Below, one piece after another: positions 36,601 through 47,420 of a stretch of 64,000 bases of DNA. Position 1 is the first letter of the stretch; each line of letters starts with the position of its first letter. Origin of the DNA: Macrostomum lignano. Its lineage: Eukaryota. The stretch spans positions 310,001 through 374,000 of the forward strand of contig NIVC01000108.1 in the NCBI GenBank assembly GCA_002269645.1, given 5' to 3'. The position numbers and the translations under genes are program-made. The notes under the pieces are model-generated. The model was not told where the DNA came from. It did no database searches and saw only the letters and a program-made list of their open reading frames with translations.

Positions 36601-37455
36601 CATAGTAAACACACCTGATGCATAGTAAACACACCTGGTGCATAGTAAACACACCTGGTGCATAGTAAACACACCTGGTGCATAGTAAACGCGGCTCTGG
36701 TGGCGCCGCCGCAGACGGTGACCAGCGCTAGCGTCACGGAGGCGATGCACAGGACGGCGACTACAGCGGGCGAGCCGGGCGGCCCGGCCAGCGGGCAGAG
36801 CAGCTGTATCAGGATGGCCAAGTCGTTCAGCACATCCGCCAGCAGCCGGTAGCGCTTGCAGTCCCAGTCCAGAGCGGTGCCATACAGCCAGGCGAACAGG
36901 ATGCGGCCCACCATGCCGCAGCCGTCGCGCAGCAGCCAGGCGAGGGTGGCGGCCGCCACCGATGCGCCCTGGTCGCCGACACCGTAGCCGGTCAGGACGG
37001 CCCGGCTGGCCAGGGCGCTGGTAAGGGAGCTGCAGAAGGCCTGGGCGGTGTCCCAAATCTGGTAGGTCAGGTAGTCAGCGGACACCGAGTCCGGGTAGCC
37101 CTGCGGCAGGAAGACGTCCTGCGGCGGGGTTACGGGAATTGGCTTGAGCTTGTTGTGGAACGCTGCTGAGATTTGGTGCATAAGAAAAGGATCGGCTTAG
37201 ACTTGGGTTACTGAATTAGGGAGAATTAAAGTAGGATTTGCTTAAATTTTGCAGAAATCAAGGAAGTCAAATGGATTTGAGGCAACAGAGAATTATTGAT
37301 TGAGTTGTTTAACAGCTTACCTTAGCAGTGCTAACTAAGCTATCAAGCTTTAATTTTTTGCTTTTGGTGACCAGCTTCTGATTGGTAAGAACATATTCTG
37401 TTGGTTCATTGGAGCCAACATATGTTTCTTGAAGCAGATATGATTGTGTAAGCAT
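30606..37455 (-). CDS. RUSF1: RUS1/RUSF1 family protein, paralog B (428 aa)
   Basis: Exons 37455-37321 (135 nt), 37118-36675 (444 nt) and 31313-30606 (708 nt), identical in length to paralog A. Intron 2 holds a splice-donor array and a Harbinger transposon. Confidence 0.9.
31708..33013 (+). pseudogene. Harbinger DDE transposase, frameshifted near the C-terminus
   Basis: ATG at 31708; motifs CLGAIDGKH, IVGDEAFPL, FNYRLSRARRTIENAFGIL. The conserved continuation (FLRPVIARIDHVEAFIRCAFVLHNF) lies in another frame after ~32650. Confidence 0.85.
33342..34169 (-). pseudogene. Harbinger MADF(-BESS-like) DNA-binding protein with an in-frame stop
   Basis: MADF-like LIDEVAKHEVVYNISSRKFKDQQAKTSAWNQIAETLG..CLKRFQGLKRN* (TAG at 33966-33968) continues in the same frame to 33342, including the BESS-like DEYASFGQAIGQAIRRLP segment. 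Confidence 0.8.
34911..36690. repeat. 20-bp tandem array (~89 copies) of the RUS1-B exon 2/intron 2 junction
   Basis: Minus-strand unit TTTACTATGCACCAG|GTGTG equals the last 15 exon nt plus the first 5 intron nt. Confidence 0.97.
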
Positions 37456-37954
37456 CTTGCTTGCACAGATGCCAATGGATAGTTTATTAAATGAAACTCA
37501 TACCTCTGCTGAAATTATGGAAAAACATAGTCTGGCAAAATTAGTTGAAACAAAAAAGCATGCCAATACTAAGAAAAGCCGAACTTTTAAAAGATATAAA
37601 ACATTCTGCTAACATAAACTGACAAATGACACTTTTTATAAACATCTACCATATTTAGCTAATGCCTTAGTAGAAAAATATTAGAAATACTTCATGGCAA
37701 TGGCAATTAGGGCCCACATTTTAATAGTGATGACCTTTGCTGAAGAAGAGTGCATTAGTTTTTGAGCCTTTTGTGGAAATGCAATAACTTATAGGCAATT
37801 GCTCAATGAGGAAGAGCATAAAGCATATGTGTAAAAAGTGCAAAACAAAAAATAGATAGTAATATGATGCGATGATAATAGTATCGCCTTTATAGTCTAA
37901 ACTCTAGAATATGTCATTTATTGTTAAAATAACTATACAAACTGATATTTTCCT

Positions 37955-38335
37955 ATCCCAGGCCACACTGGTTTCCTTGGCAATGAGCATGCTGACCAGC
38001 TGGCCAAGGCTGGCTTTGCTGGCACATTACTGGGGCCAGGCACAGCGGCTGCACTTCCGCCTTGGTGATAATTCCCATGTTAAGTGCTGGGCTGATTCTA
38101 AGCATCTCTGTGGATAGCACAACACCTGGAATCGCAGACAATCCCCTGTCACTCTTCCTTCCTGCATAGAGCCTTCCTCAGGCTTAACTGCAGAGACTTC
38201 AGAGCAGTTAGCATGACCTTCTCTGGGCATAGATGCTTCTCTTGCCACTGCTTCTTTCAGGGCCAGGTACCCAGAGTGGTGCCTTCTGCCCCTCAGGCAG
38301 TGAAAACACTGACCACTTTATCTGCTACTGTCTGT
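37955..38335 (+). mobile_element. Degenerate non-LTR retrotransposon 3' fragment (RNase H plus CCHC-like region)
   Basis: 37955-38014 translates IPGHTGFLGNEHADQLAKAG (RNase H C-terminal motif); ~38281-38330 gives AFCPSGSENTDHFICYC (C-terminal zinc-knuckle-like); stops and frameshifts lie between. Confidence 0.6.
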
Positions 38336-40550
38336 GTGAAAACTCTTCACCAGGGCCAGGCTTGTTTACCTGGGCCAAACTTAGTTTTCCCCAAAATTTG
38401 CAAGCCTGAGAGCATCCCACTGCTTGCCTAGTACCTTAGGGACATAGGATGAGCTGATTTCTTCCTTACTGCTAGTGAGAAAGACTGCCCTGCAGGCAAG
38501 ACCAATGGGTCTCCCTAAGCAACATTGCTTCAATGGAAGTCATTGGTTGCCAGGTACTAGCAGAATGGGCAGTCTCTTTTATCTCCTTGCTATATCCACT
38601 GGACACCCATGCAGCTAAGTCAAGTAAGTCAAGAAAATATTTAGCCTATGCCATGAAATTCATCTTATCACTATTACTAAAATACACTTTAAATCTTATA
38701 AAAATATCTATTGTTTAGGCTTATTATGAAAATGACTATCTGACAACAAAATGTCTATAATAGAATGACTTGTCACTAAAAAAACCTATATCCAATTGAT
38801 ATTTGGTCCCAAAAATAGAAGTTTAAGTTTTAAACCACCAGTTTTAAATGCCTCATCAGCTACTTAGTACTACTACTTAGGTGTTTTTTCAGGTAGGCAT
38901 TTTTGCGACTTCCTTGGTTGGCCACCAAATCAGTTGGCCAGATCAGCCAACTGTTACACATGTATACATGTATGTATACTTGTGCATATATGTTTTTTAT
39001 TTGAATGCACCCCACAGACAGCAACATTTCATTTTTAGCCAATAAGAAATTTAACTTAGATTGGATTAGTTGGTAGTTCAACACAAAGCAATCAATGATG
39101 CAAAAAAAATTGCACTTCTTTTTTGCACTTATTAAACTAAGTGCTAAGCTTAATAGGCTAAATTTCAATAACTAGTCTTCTAGCACCAATGTGCATTAGC
39201 AAAAAATAGTCTTGTACTAATAGTCTTCTTATTTTGGGCTATAGCCTTAATATAATGATATAATAGCAAAAGCTATCAAATCTTGCTAACCAAACAGTAG
39301 TGTTTAGAGTTAGGGTTAGGGAACAAGCAGGCATGAAAGCAAATATATAATATTGCATATAGATAGAGCTAATCAAGTGTTATATCTAAGCTTTTAACTA
39401 TGATAGAAATATTATTTCCTATACAAACTTCTTGATTTTTCTTATAAAATATTGGACTTGCTCTTATTTTATTCTTATATTTATTAAAAAATGTGAAACA
39501 AATCTAGGAACTAAACAAATAGCAAAAACCTTTTTTCCAAATACCAAATAAAAATATCAAATGACTGTCAGCATAATTTATAATCTGCTATGTTCAGTTG
39601 ATTTATAATTCATAAGTAGCTATATAAACATTTTTTATATGTAAAGATATAGAATTAGAAGTTTGACATAATTTGCTTTTTGTAGCTTTGTTTTATTTAG
39701 ACTAGTATTACAGTTCAAAAGTTATAAGTATTTAAAGTTTAAAACCATGATAGGACCTTCTTATAGAATGACCCTTACAGCTTGTTTTCTTATAGACCTA
39801 ATGATAATATTGCTTTGAAAAAATGGGAAACTGCATTAAATTTAATATTTTCTTTATTTTTAGTAACAAAAGCACAATACTAGTTTCATAATCAAATCTC
39901 AAACAACCTAGTAATTATTTTCTACATAGCTTAAGGGAAATATCAATTCAGATTCAACTGGAAAGGTCCAACAACCATCACATATGTAAACAATTAATAA
40001 CACTTACATTAAAACATTGACATGACACCCTAAATTATGTCAGAAATACAGCCATAAATTTTCAATTTTTATTAGAAAAGATACCATCCTAAAATAAATT
40101 CCCCATATATAAAATTAAAAAGTACTGTAAAGTTTTGTTTGCATCTAAAATCTTTATAAAATCTACAATAAAAAATCTGTTGCTGGATTGTCTGTCATCT
40201 GATTGTCTTGAATTGGGCTCTTCGAGACACTTGCAAGCTTAGCTTAAGGCTGTTTCACACTGCCATCAAATAAGACGAAATTTCGTATGATCACACAATT
40301 TGTAAATCAATTCCTTTGATCAAATTTGTAAATCAAAGATTCCTTTGTGCATTGGTCGTGTGAGTTAGTTGGTGGCTTGTTTGATGGGGTGTGTATGTGA
40401 GTGAATGATATAATCAAGGACCACTAGAAGAAGGACGGGACACTTAGTTTCTTGGAAAATTTATTAAAGGCTGATCTTCTAGTGGTCCTCTCACTTGGAT
40501 AAGGATATACAATATATAATTCGCGCGAGTTTAGAAATGCGTTTTTAAAT

Positions 40551-40929
40551 GGGTCTCCCTAAAACACGCACCGCACCGCCCCGACCGCTACACATTATAA
40601 CATTTTTTGTCAATGCAGTATTTTGATTGCAAAGAAAACTATTTGTTGTAAGAGTAACAGAATAACTAAATTTAATTATTACCTTAAATATTATTATTAT
40701 TTTTCATATTCACGTTTGCATTATTAAATTATATTATTATTATTTTATTAATATTATTATTAATATAACTTATTATACACCGAATTTAATATTTCAAAGT
40801 AAAAAAACTAAATTTAATAAAAGCTTGAAGCTTAACATAAAACATATTTTGAACTGTCTTCAGCTATAGTCCAATTTGTTTTAACGTGTAGCGCTGTGGG
40901 GCGGGGCGGTGCGTGTTTTAGGGAGACCC
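40551..40929. mobile_element. MITE-like element
   Basis: 24-bp terminal inverted repeat GGGTCTCCCTAAAACACGCACCGC / GCGGTGCGTGTTTTAGGGAGACCC around an AT-rich core; TSD not resolved. Confidence 0.7.
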
Positions 40930-40930
40930 T

Positions 40931-41190
40931 GGGCCTTTTCATATTGCTTGCTCTGGTTCCAGAACCAGAACCAATTAGTGAAGTATAACTTTTTGTCTCC
41001 ATAACTAGACGGAGATACGTACTATAAAGTTTTTATTATTGAATGACAATGGCCAAGAAGAAAGTGAAAAATTGTGCTAAGTTAGGTTGTTAAGGCAGTC
41101 AAATATTAACAGAGTTTAATAGTTATACTGCTGTTTTTCTTGGAATTCCGAACCGATTCTGGTTCTGGAATTGGTAATATGAAAAGGCCC
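40931..41190. mobile_element. Second, abutting MITE-like element
   Basis: 15-bp TIR GGGCCTTTTCATATT / AATATGAAAAGGCCC with subterminal CCAGAACC inverted motifs; TSD not resolved. Confidence 0.6.
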
Positions 41191-41767
41191 CCTTTTTAAA
41201 TTGTATCTATGCATTTTAGTAGCATAATAAAACAAAGTTAAACTACTTGTTTGTACACATGTCAAGAAAACAAATAAGTCAAATTTGAAATGGTTAAAAA
41301 AATTAACTTCATTGTAAAAATATGAATATTTGGTTTATTTTTCGTGTGAAGAGTGTGTATTTTAAATATAATTTAGTACCTCATGATTAAAAATCTCACG
41401 TACGTACGTCTAACTCAGTAGTGTGTGCCGTCATATTCATAATATCCTAACCTTACTGATGAGATGATTGTAGCTCCTATCCATATCCATGCTACTTTGT
41501 GTTCAAAGCTGGAATTGCAGTGATTTCATTTACATTCATACAACAGTGCGAAAATGATTACCAATGATAAAAAGTCGCTTTCTTTTCTCAGTCCCTCTTG
41601 TTGTTGGGCTACTTAAATTTAAAGGTTCGATCAATCATTAAGATAGCAAGAACTTTTTTTTGTTGGCTAGCCTTCCTTGGGCTTGAAGCTGACTGTATAT
41701 TGAGATTACGTTCAGCTTTCTCATTGCCTTCGCCCTTATGACAGTCAACTAGCATCAGCCAGAAAGG

Positions 41768-44700
41768 ATGAATGAGAGCAAGCATAGGCCAAACGGAGAA
41801 TATGGTTACCATTACCATGCTCCAACAAGTAGCAGAACGAATTTTCGAAAAGAGCAGAACGCTTCTCTGACAAAATCAACAGAATCTTTTAATAGAGCTT
41901 CTGGGCAAAATCAACGCCAAAACACACGCATAAATAATGCTGGAAACAGAACAATCCAAGGCTCAGATGAATCTGTGACTGGTATGGCATCTGGTCAAGG
42001 CCAAGATTGGTCAAACTCTTCAAAGAAAGGACCATGGAATAAGCAATATTCACCAAATATTGATACAATTGGCTTAAACCCTACAATGGATACAAAGAAA
42101 GAAAAGGTAATCTTTAAAAAATTAAAGTGAAACTTTCTTTTTATTTCTTTAAAATTTTTGTTTTATGTTTTCTTTAAAGTTTAAGCAAAGCACAATTCTG
42201 TTTTGTCTCCCTTTTGGCCTTGGTTATAAATATTTGTTTTAATCAATAGTTTTTTAGTTAATTATATTAAAAATATATATCTTTCTTATTAGGCAGTGCT
42301 TATCCCCACGGTACCGTAGGAATAATTTCTGTCTTATTCCAACGGTACCGTGCGAATAATTTTCTGTTTATCCGCACGGCACACTGAGGAGATAGCTGCC
42401 CTATCTTCTACATATGCCGTGTGGGAAGTTTAGTACATACGATTTGAGTGCAGTATAACAACTTTGTTGAATTATTGTTGAATAAGTATACAGAAGGGTA
42501 TCAGTAAAGCAGAATAACACGCATTTACACATGCATATACTAGTCTAGAACTGATTCGAGTTTATACATCATCAAGATCAACAGCTTCTTAGTATCCTCA
42601 GTTCAAATTCCCTTTCAATAAGCTATAAACTATTCACGCACAGCATATGTAGCAGATAAAAACCGATAGGGCAGCTAGTAAAGCAGAGGGAATAAAACAG
42701 AGGACGTGTAGGGCAGCTATCTCGTCAGTGTGCCGTGCGGATAAGCAGAAAATTGTTCGCACGGTACCGTTGGAATAAGACAGAAATTATTCCTACGGTA
42801 CCGTGCGGATAAGCACTGCCTTCTTATTAATAGTATTATCCCATAGGAAGGACTATAACCTATACCAAATTATATTCTAATAGCATAATATATACTTTGT
42901 AATCGCCTTTCCTTGGCTTATTGATATAAGCTCTCTAAGTGGCCCTTTTTTATATATATATTTTATCATATTATATATACAATCTTTAATTTGGGTATAC
43001 AAATTAAGTTTCAACAAAAAAAGAACATAGTTGGCTCTATTGGAATTCTTTTGTTTTGCTTCTCCCTTTCCTATTGCCTTTTCTGTTTATTTTATTTTTC
43101 TTTCCTTCATTTTCCCTTGACTCATTTCTTCATTGTTTATTGTTTCTGATTAAGGGAAGAGGCAATTTTATAACCTAATTTTGGCTAATAGTCCTTTCAA
43201 CTAGGCTTAGCTAATCTCAATTGTTCAGCCAGGTGTTTTGCATATATGACCCTTGTATAGAGCCTTTGCTTTTTAAATAATAAATTGACTACACCTTTTC
43301 AATTTTAGCCTAGCAGCAGCAACAAGGAGATGCAGTCTGTGGCCAAATATATAGTTAAAAAGGTGAGAATTGTTTTAATTAGCAGAAATATATAGGCATT
43401 TTAGCATCAAATATCTTCAGTTAACTGAATTTATAATAACAATGTCTTCAACAGCGAGACCAGCATAAAGAAGCCAGTCCCAGTGGCCAGCTGGCTCAGC
43501 AATACAAGGACGAATCACCAGGTCCTGAACCTGCTGCCACTGCTGGTGGAGAGGCAGAGTGGCCCAGCCTGCAGCAACCACAGCGGCTGTCCCGCCCAGC
43601 TCGCAGTGTCGCCACCGCCTCAGCACCAGTCTCCACTGCATCACCAACTCGCCTCGCCCACCTGCAAGAGCTACCACTGCCGCCGGCTCCACTGACGCTG
43701 GTGACACCAAGTGGCAAATTTGTTGATGAGGCCCAGCGCCAGGAGTTCCAGGAATACCTGGACCCGACAAACACCAACTTCAGTGTTGTTGGCGTGCTGG
43801 GGCTGCAGGTAGCTAATTTAGAATATTTTCGAAATTTATATCTAGCATAGAAATAGAAGCACTGATACTCCTGATCTGCTGTAAAGTGTACAGCTTATAC
43901 TTGTACAGTACTTGCAGGCTAGAGGTCAGGTAAGAATAGGATCAATTGTTTTTGATCAATGGGATCAATGGATTTTAGCGATCACGAGATCGGGAATGTA
44001 ATCCGAATCAAGGGATTGGGATGGGATCCCGGGATTGGGATGGGATCCCGGGATTGGGATGGGATCCAGGGATTGGTATGGGATTGGGATCCTGGGATGG
44101 GGATGGGATCGGGATGGAATGGGATCTCGGGATCAGGATGGAATTGGGATCCCGGGATGGGGATGTGATCGGGATCCCGGGATCGGGATGGAATGGTATC
44201 CTGGGATCGGGATGGAATGGGATCCTGGGATCGGGATGGAATGGGATCCTGGGATCGGGATGGAATGGGATCTCGGGATCAGGATGGAATTGGGATCCCG
44301 GGATGGGGATGTGATCGGGATCCCGGGATCGGGATGGAATGGGATCCTGGGATCGGGATGGAATGGGATCCTGGGATCGGGATGGAATGGGATCCTGGGA
44401 TCGGGATGGAATGGGATCCTGGGATTGGGATGGAATGGGATCCCGTCTTTCTCTAGTGTTAGTACTGTGGGGAGTCGCTCCCTTGTTTGTATCTTACCGC
44501 CTCTTAGAGCTGCCGAGCTGCAACGGGGAGAACTGGACTCCTTGAGCTCAGCTTTATTGAACAATGGCACTTCTGTTGCTATGCAAGTGTTGAAGGTCCC
44601 AAAAGTCCGCCAGGCTCACCGTAATCATGACCGCGTGTTGCTTATAGACATCTGCAAATTGCATGTCCCTCAACCCCTTCCCCTGACAGTCCTCGGGCAA

Positions 44701-45839
44701 GTCCAGCCTGCTCAACTCGCTGCTGCTCGGCCGCCTGCCAGGCCAGGAGGAGCCACCGGCCGGCCGGGCCTTCGCCGTTGAAAGCCTAGACAACCTGCTG
44801 GGCAACGCGCACCGCACCAGGGGCGTGCAGCTGCAGACAACGCCTGAGCGGGCCTTCCTGCTCGACTGCGAGGCCCTGCTGGCTCTGTCCAGCGCCGAGG
44901 CGCTCATCCAGGCCGCCGCTAGCGAACGGCGTGGCGGCGGCAACAGCGGTGCCGGCTCCACCGGCGCCAACGCCGGCCAATCCGACTTCATCACAGTTGA
45001 GACCGGCGCCACAATGCACGGCATCCAACTCAGCGCCTTCCTCATGTCCGCCTGCCACCTCCTGCTGGTGGTGGCTGACGGCTGGCCGGACCCGGACCTG
45101 CTCCGCCTGCTGCTCGCCGCCGACATGCTGCGGCCTGCCGTGCTGGACGACACCGGCTTTCAGCCCCGTGTGATCTTTGTGCTGAACCGGACACCGGCCG
45201 ACGCCGGGCCCGCGCCCGCCCGCCTGCGCGAACTGCTGGCCGGCCTGTTTGAGGGGGCCGCCTTCCGGCTCGATGCCGGCAGCGTCTTCTGCCTGCCGCT
45301 GCTGGACGAAGACTGTCCGGGTGAGGGCTGTGACTGTCCGGGTGATGACTGACTGACTGGTGAGGGCTGTGACTGTCCGGGTGAGGGCTGTGACTGTCCA
45401 GATGAGGGCTGTGACTGTCCGGGTGAGGGCTGTGATTTTCCGGTTGGGCCGGTTTGTTGCAGCACAGTGAAGATAAATTTTCTTTCTCAACATGCTCGCC
45501 GATCTCATGACTCATTCTGCCAGACTCGGCGGCGGCCATCGAGTACACCGAGGAGCTGGAGCGGCTGCGCAAGCTGATTCTCACGTCTCCCAGGCACCAC
45601 ATGCTGCGCCAGGACCTGTTCAACGAGAAAGTCTGGTAGGAGTTGGCTGATCGATATTCAAATATTTATTTAATATCGCGTTTTATGCAATCCCTTTACT
45701 GTTAGTAGAGTCAGCAGGGCTTTGATTTGCTTTCTTATCTTGCCTTCCCCTTCTCTGCAGGCTGGACTTTGCCGCCGAAGTGTGGGAGAACATTGAGAAG
45801 TCCGTCATGCTAGCCGAGTACCACAGGCTGATCGGGTGA
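41768..45839 (+). CDS. SMG9: SMG9 nonsense-mediated decay factor (6 exons, ~522 aa)
   Basis: Exons 41768-42106, 43309-43362, 43455-43808, 44690-45320, 45524-45635 and 45761-45839, phase-consistent. P-loop VVGVLGLQ|SSGKS; HGIQLSAFLMSACHLLLVV; C-terminus FNEKVWLDFAAEVWENIEKSVMLAEYHRLIG*. The first two exons are less certain. Confidence 0.88.
42292..42820. mobile_element. Mutator-like non-autonomous element (long TIR) in SMG9 intron 1
   Basis: ~110-bp near-perfect TIRs starting GGCAGTGCTTATCC; 9-bp TSD TTCTTATTA at 42283-42291 and 42821-42829. Confidence 0.9.
43995..44445. repeat. GGGAT-based ~24-bp minisatellite in SMG9 intron 3
   Basis: Direct reading (GGGATCCTGGGATCGGGATGGAAT). Confidence 0.92.
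45311..45445. repeat. 21-bp tandem repeat of the SMG9 exon 4/intron 4 junction
   Basis: Unit GACTGTCCGG|GTGAGGGCTGT, about 6 copies. Confidence 0.85.
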
Positions 45840-46659
45840 GGCTGGGAGATTTGCCAGAGATGAGAAACCGGCAAAAGCTGCCGTCTTTGTTCTGGCGAAG
45901 CAGCCGCTGCCTGCCGCGTCCTTCGCATCGCCATAATCTGGCGGGCGGCCTCCGCGCGCGTGTCCGCGAGCCCGGCAGGAGCGGCAGCTGCCCCGGCCCT
46001 GGCAACAGCCCATTATCTAACTGACCGCCCCCTTTTCACGGGACGGTGTTGGGCGAAAGACGGCTGCTAATTAATGCCGCGGGCCGCGCCGACTCCTCTC
46101 TGTAATCTGCGAACTGAGGCAGGAGCTGAGAGGCGGTCAGCTCGGAGTTTTTCCCTCTCTTGTGTTGCCGACGCCCCCCTTTGCTGCTCAACTGTCCCTC
46201 ATCCGTGCTCTCGTGTGCCGCGTTTCTTTACTCAAGTCTGCTTTTGCCCCCTCTCCCCCTACCCAGTCCGATTTGTGCTCGTCAATATTCGGCTGATTTG
46301 CAGTGATTTATCGAACCCCGGAGACAAGTTGATTCCTACAGTTGTCTTATCTGATAGTAAATTTGATTGACAGATTGTCTGTCCTTGGTGTGACTCTTAT
46401 TGGCATCACTTAAGCTGCTTGGCTCTGCCGTGTTTCCACTACTATTACTAGTATGTTTGTTCTGATGTTTATCAACAAATAAAAAAACTAACCTAATCTG
46501 CCATTGCATCCCATTATGTCTGCTTGCAATTGCATGTTTCTTCTGCTGTCAGTTTCTTTTGACTCGGTCGTGTGACCAATTGCCGAAATTTGTGTCGCCT
46601 AAATTAATGTGAAAGCGTCTTCTAGGCCTCTGAAATGATAACTCACCTTTAAGGTTTGA

Positions 46660-47420
46660 GCACTTCACCGTGATCATATGTATGAAGTTCACTGTGATCA
46701 TATGTAAGAAGTTACTGTGATCGTGTGTGAGTAGTTCACTGTGATCGTGTGTGAGTAGTTCACTGTGATCATGTGTGAGTAGTTCGCTGTGATCAAGTGT
46801 GAGCAGTTCACTGATCATGTGTGAGCAGTTCACTGATCATGTGTGAGCAGTTCACTGATCATGTGTGAGCAGTTCACTGATCATGTGTAAGCAGTTCACT
46901 GTGATCATGTGTGAGCAGTTCACTGTGATCATGTGTGAGCAGTTCACTGATCATGTGTGAGCAGTTCACTGATCATGTGTGAGCAGTTCACTGATCATGT
47001 GTAAGCAGTTCACTGTGATCATGTGTGAGCAGTTCACTGTGATCATGTGTGAGCAGTTCACTGATCATGTGTGAGCAGTTCACTGTGATCATATGTAAGA
47101 AGTTCACTGTGATCATGTGTAAGCAGTTCACCGTGATCATGTGTAAGAAGTTCACTGTGATCATGTGTGAGCAGTTCACTGTGATCATGTGTGAGCAGTT
47201 CACTGTGATCATGTGTAAGCAGTTCACTGTGATCATGTGTGAGCAGTTCGCTGTGATCATGTGTGAGCAGTTCGCTGTGATCATGTGTGAGCAGTTTGCT
47301 GTGATCATGTGTGAGCAGTTCGCTGTGATCATGCGTGAGCAGTTCACTGTGTGATCATATGTAAGAAGTTCACTGTGATGTGTGAGCAGTTCACTGAAAA
47401 TGTGAGCAGTTCACTAATAA
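46660..47420. repeat. 21-24-bp minisatellite (GTGATCATGTGTGAGCAGTTCACT)
   Basis: Direct reading. Confidence 0.95.

Noticed and set aside
34811-37056. 600-700-aa Cys/Tyr-rich ORFs in all three minus frames
   Set aside because: A 20-nt stop-free unit is automatically open in all frames; this is not evidence of a separate gene (treated under the splice-donor array).
39305-39320. TTAGGG telomere-like motif
   Set aside because: Only two units; chance level.
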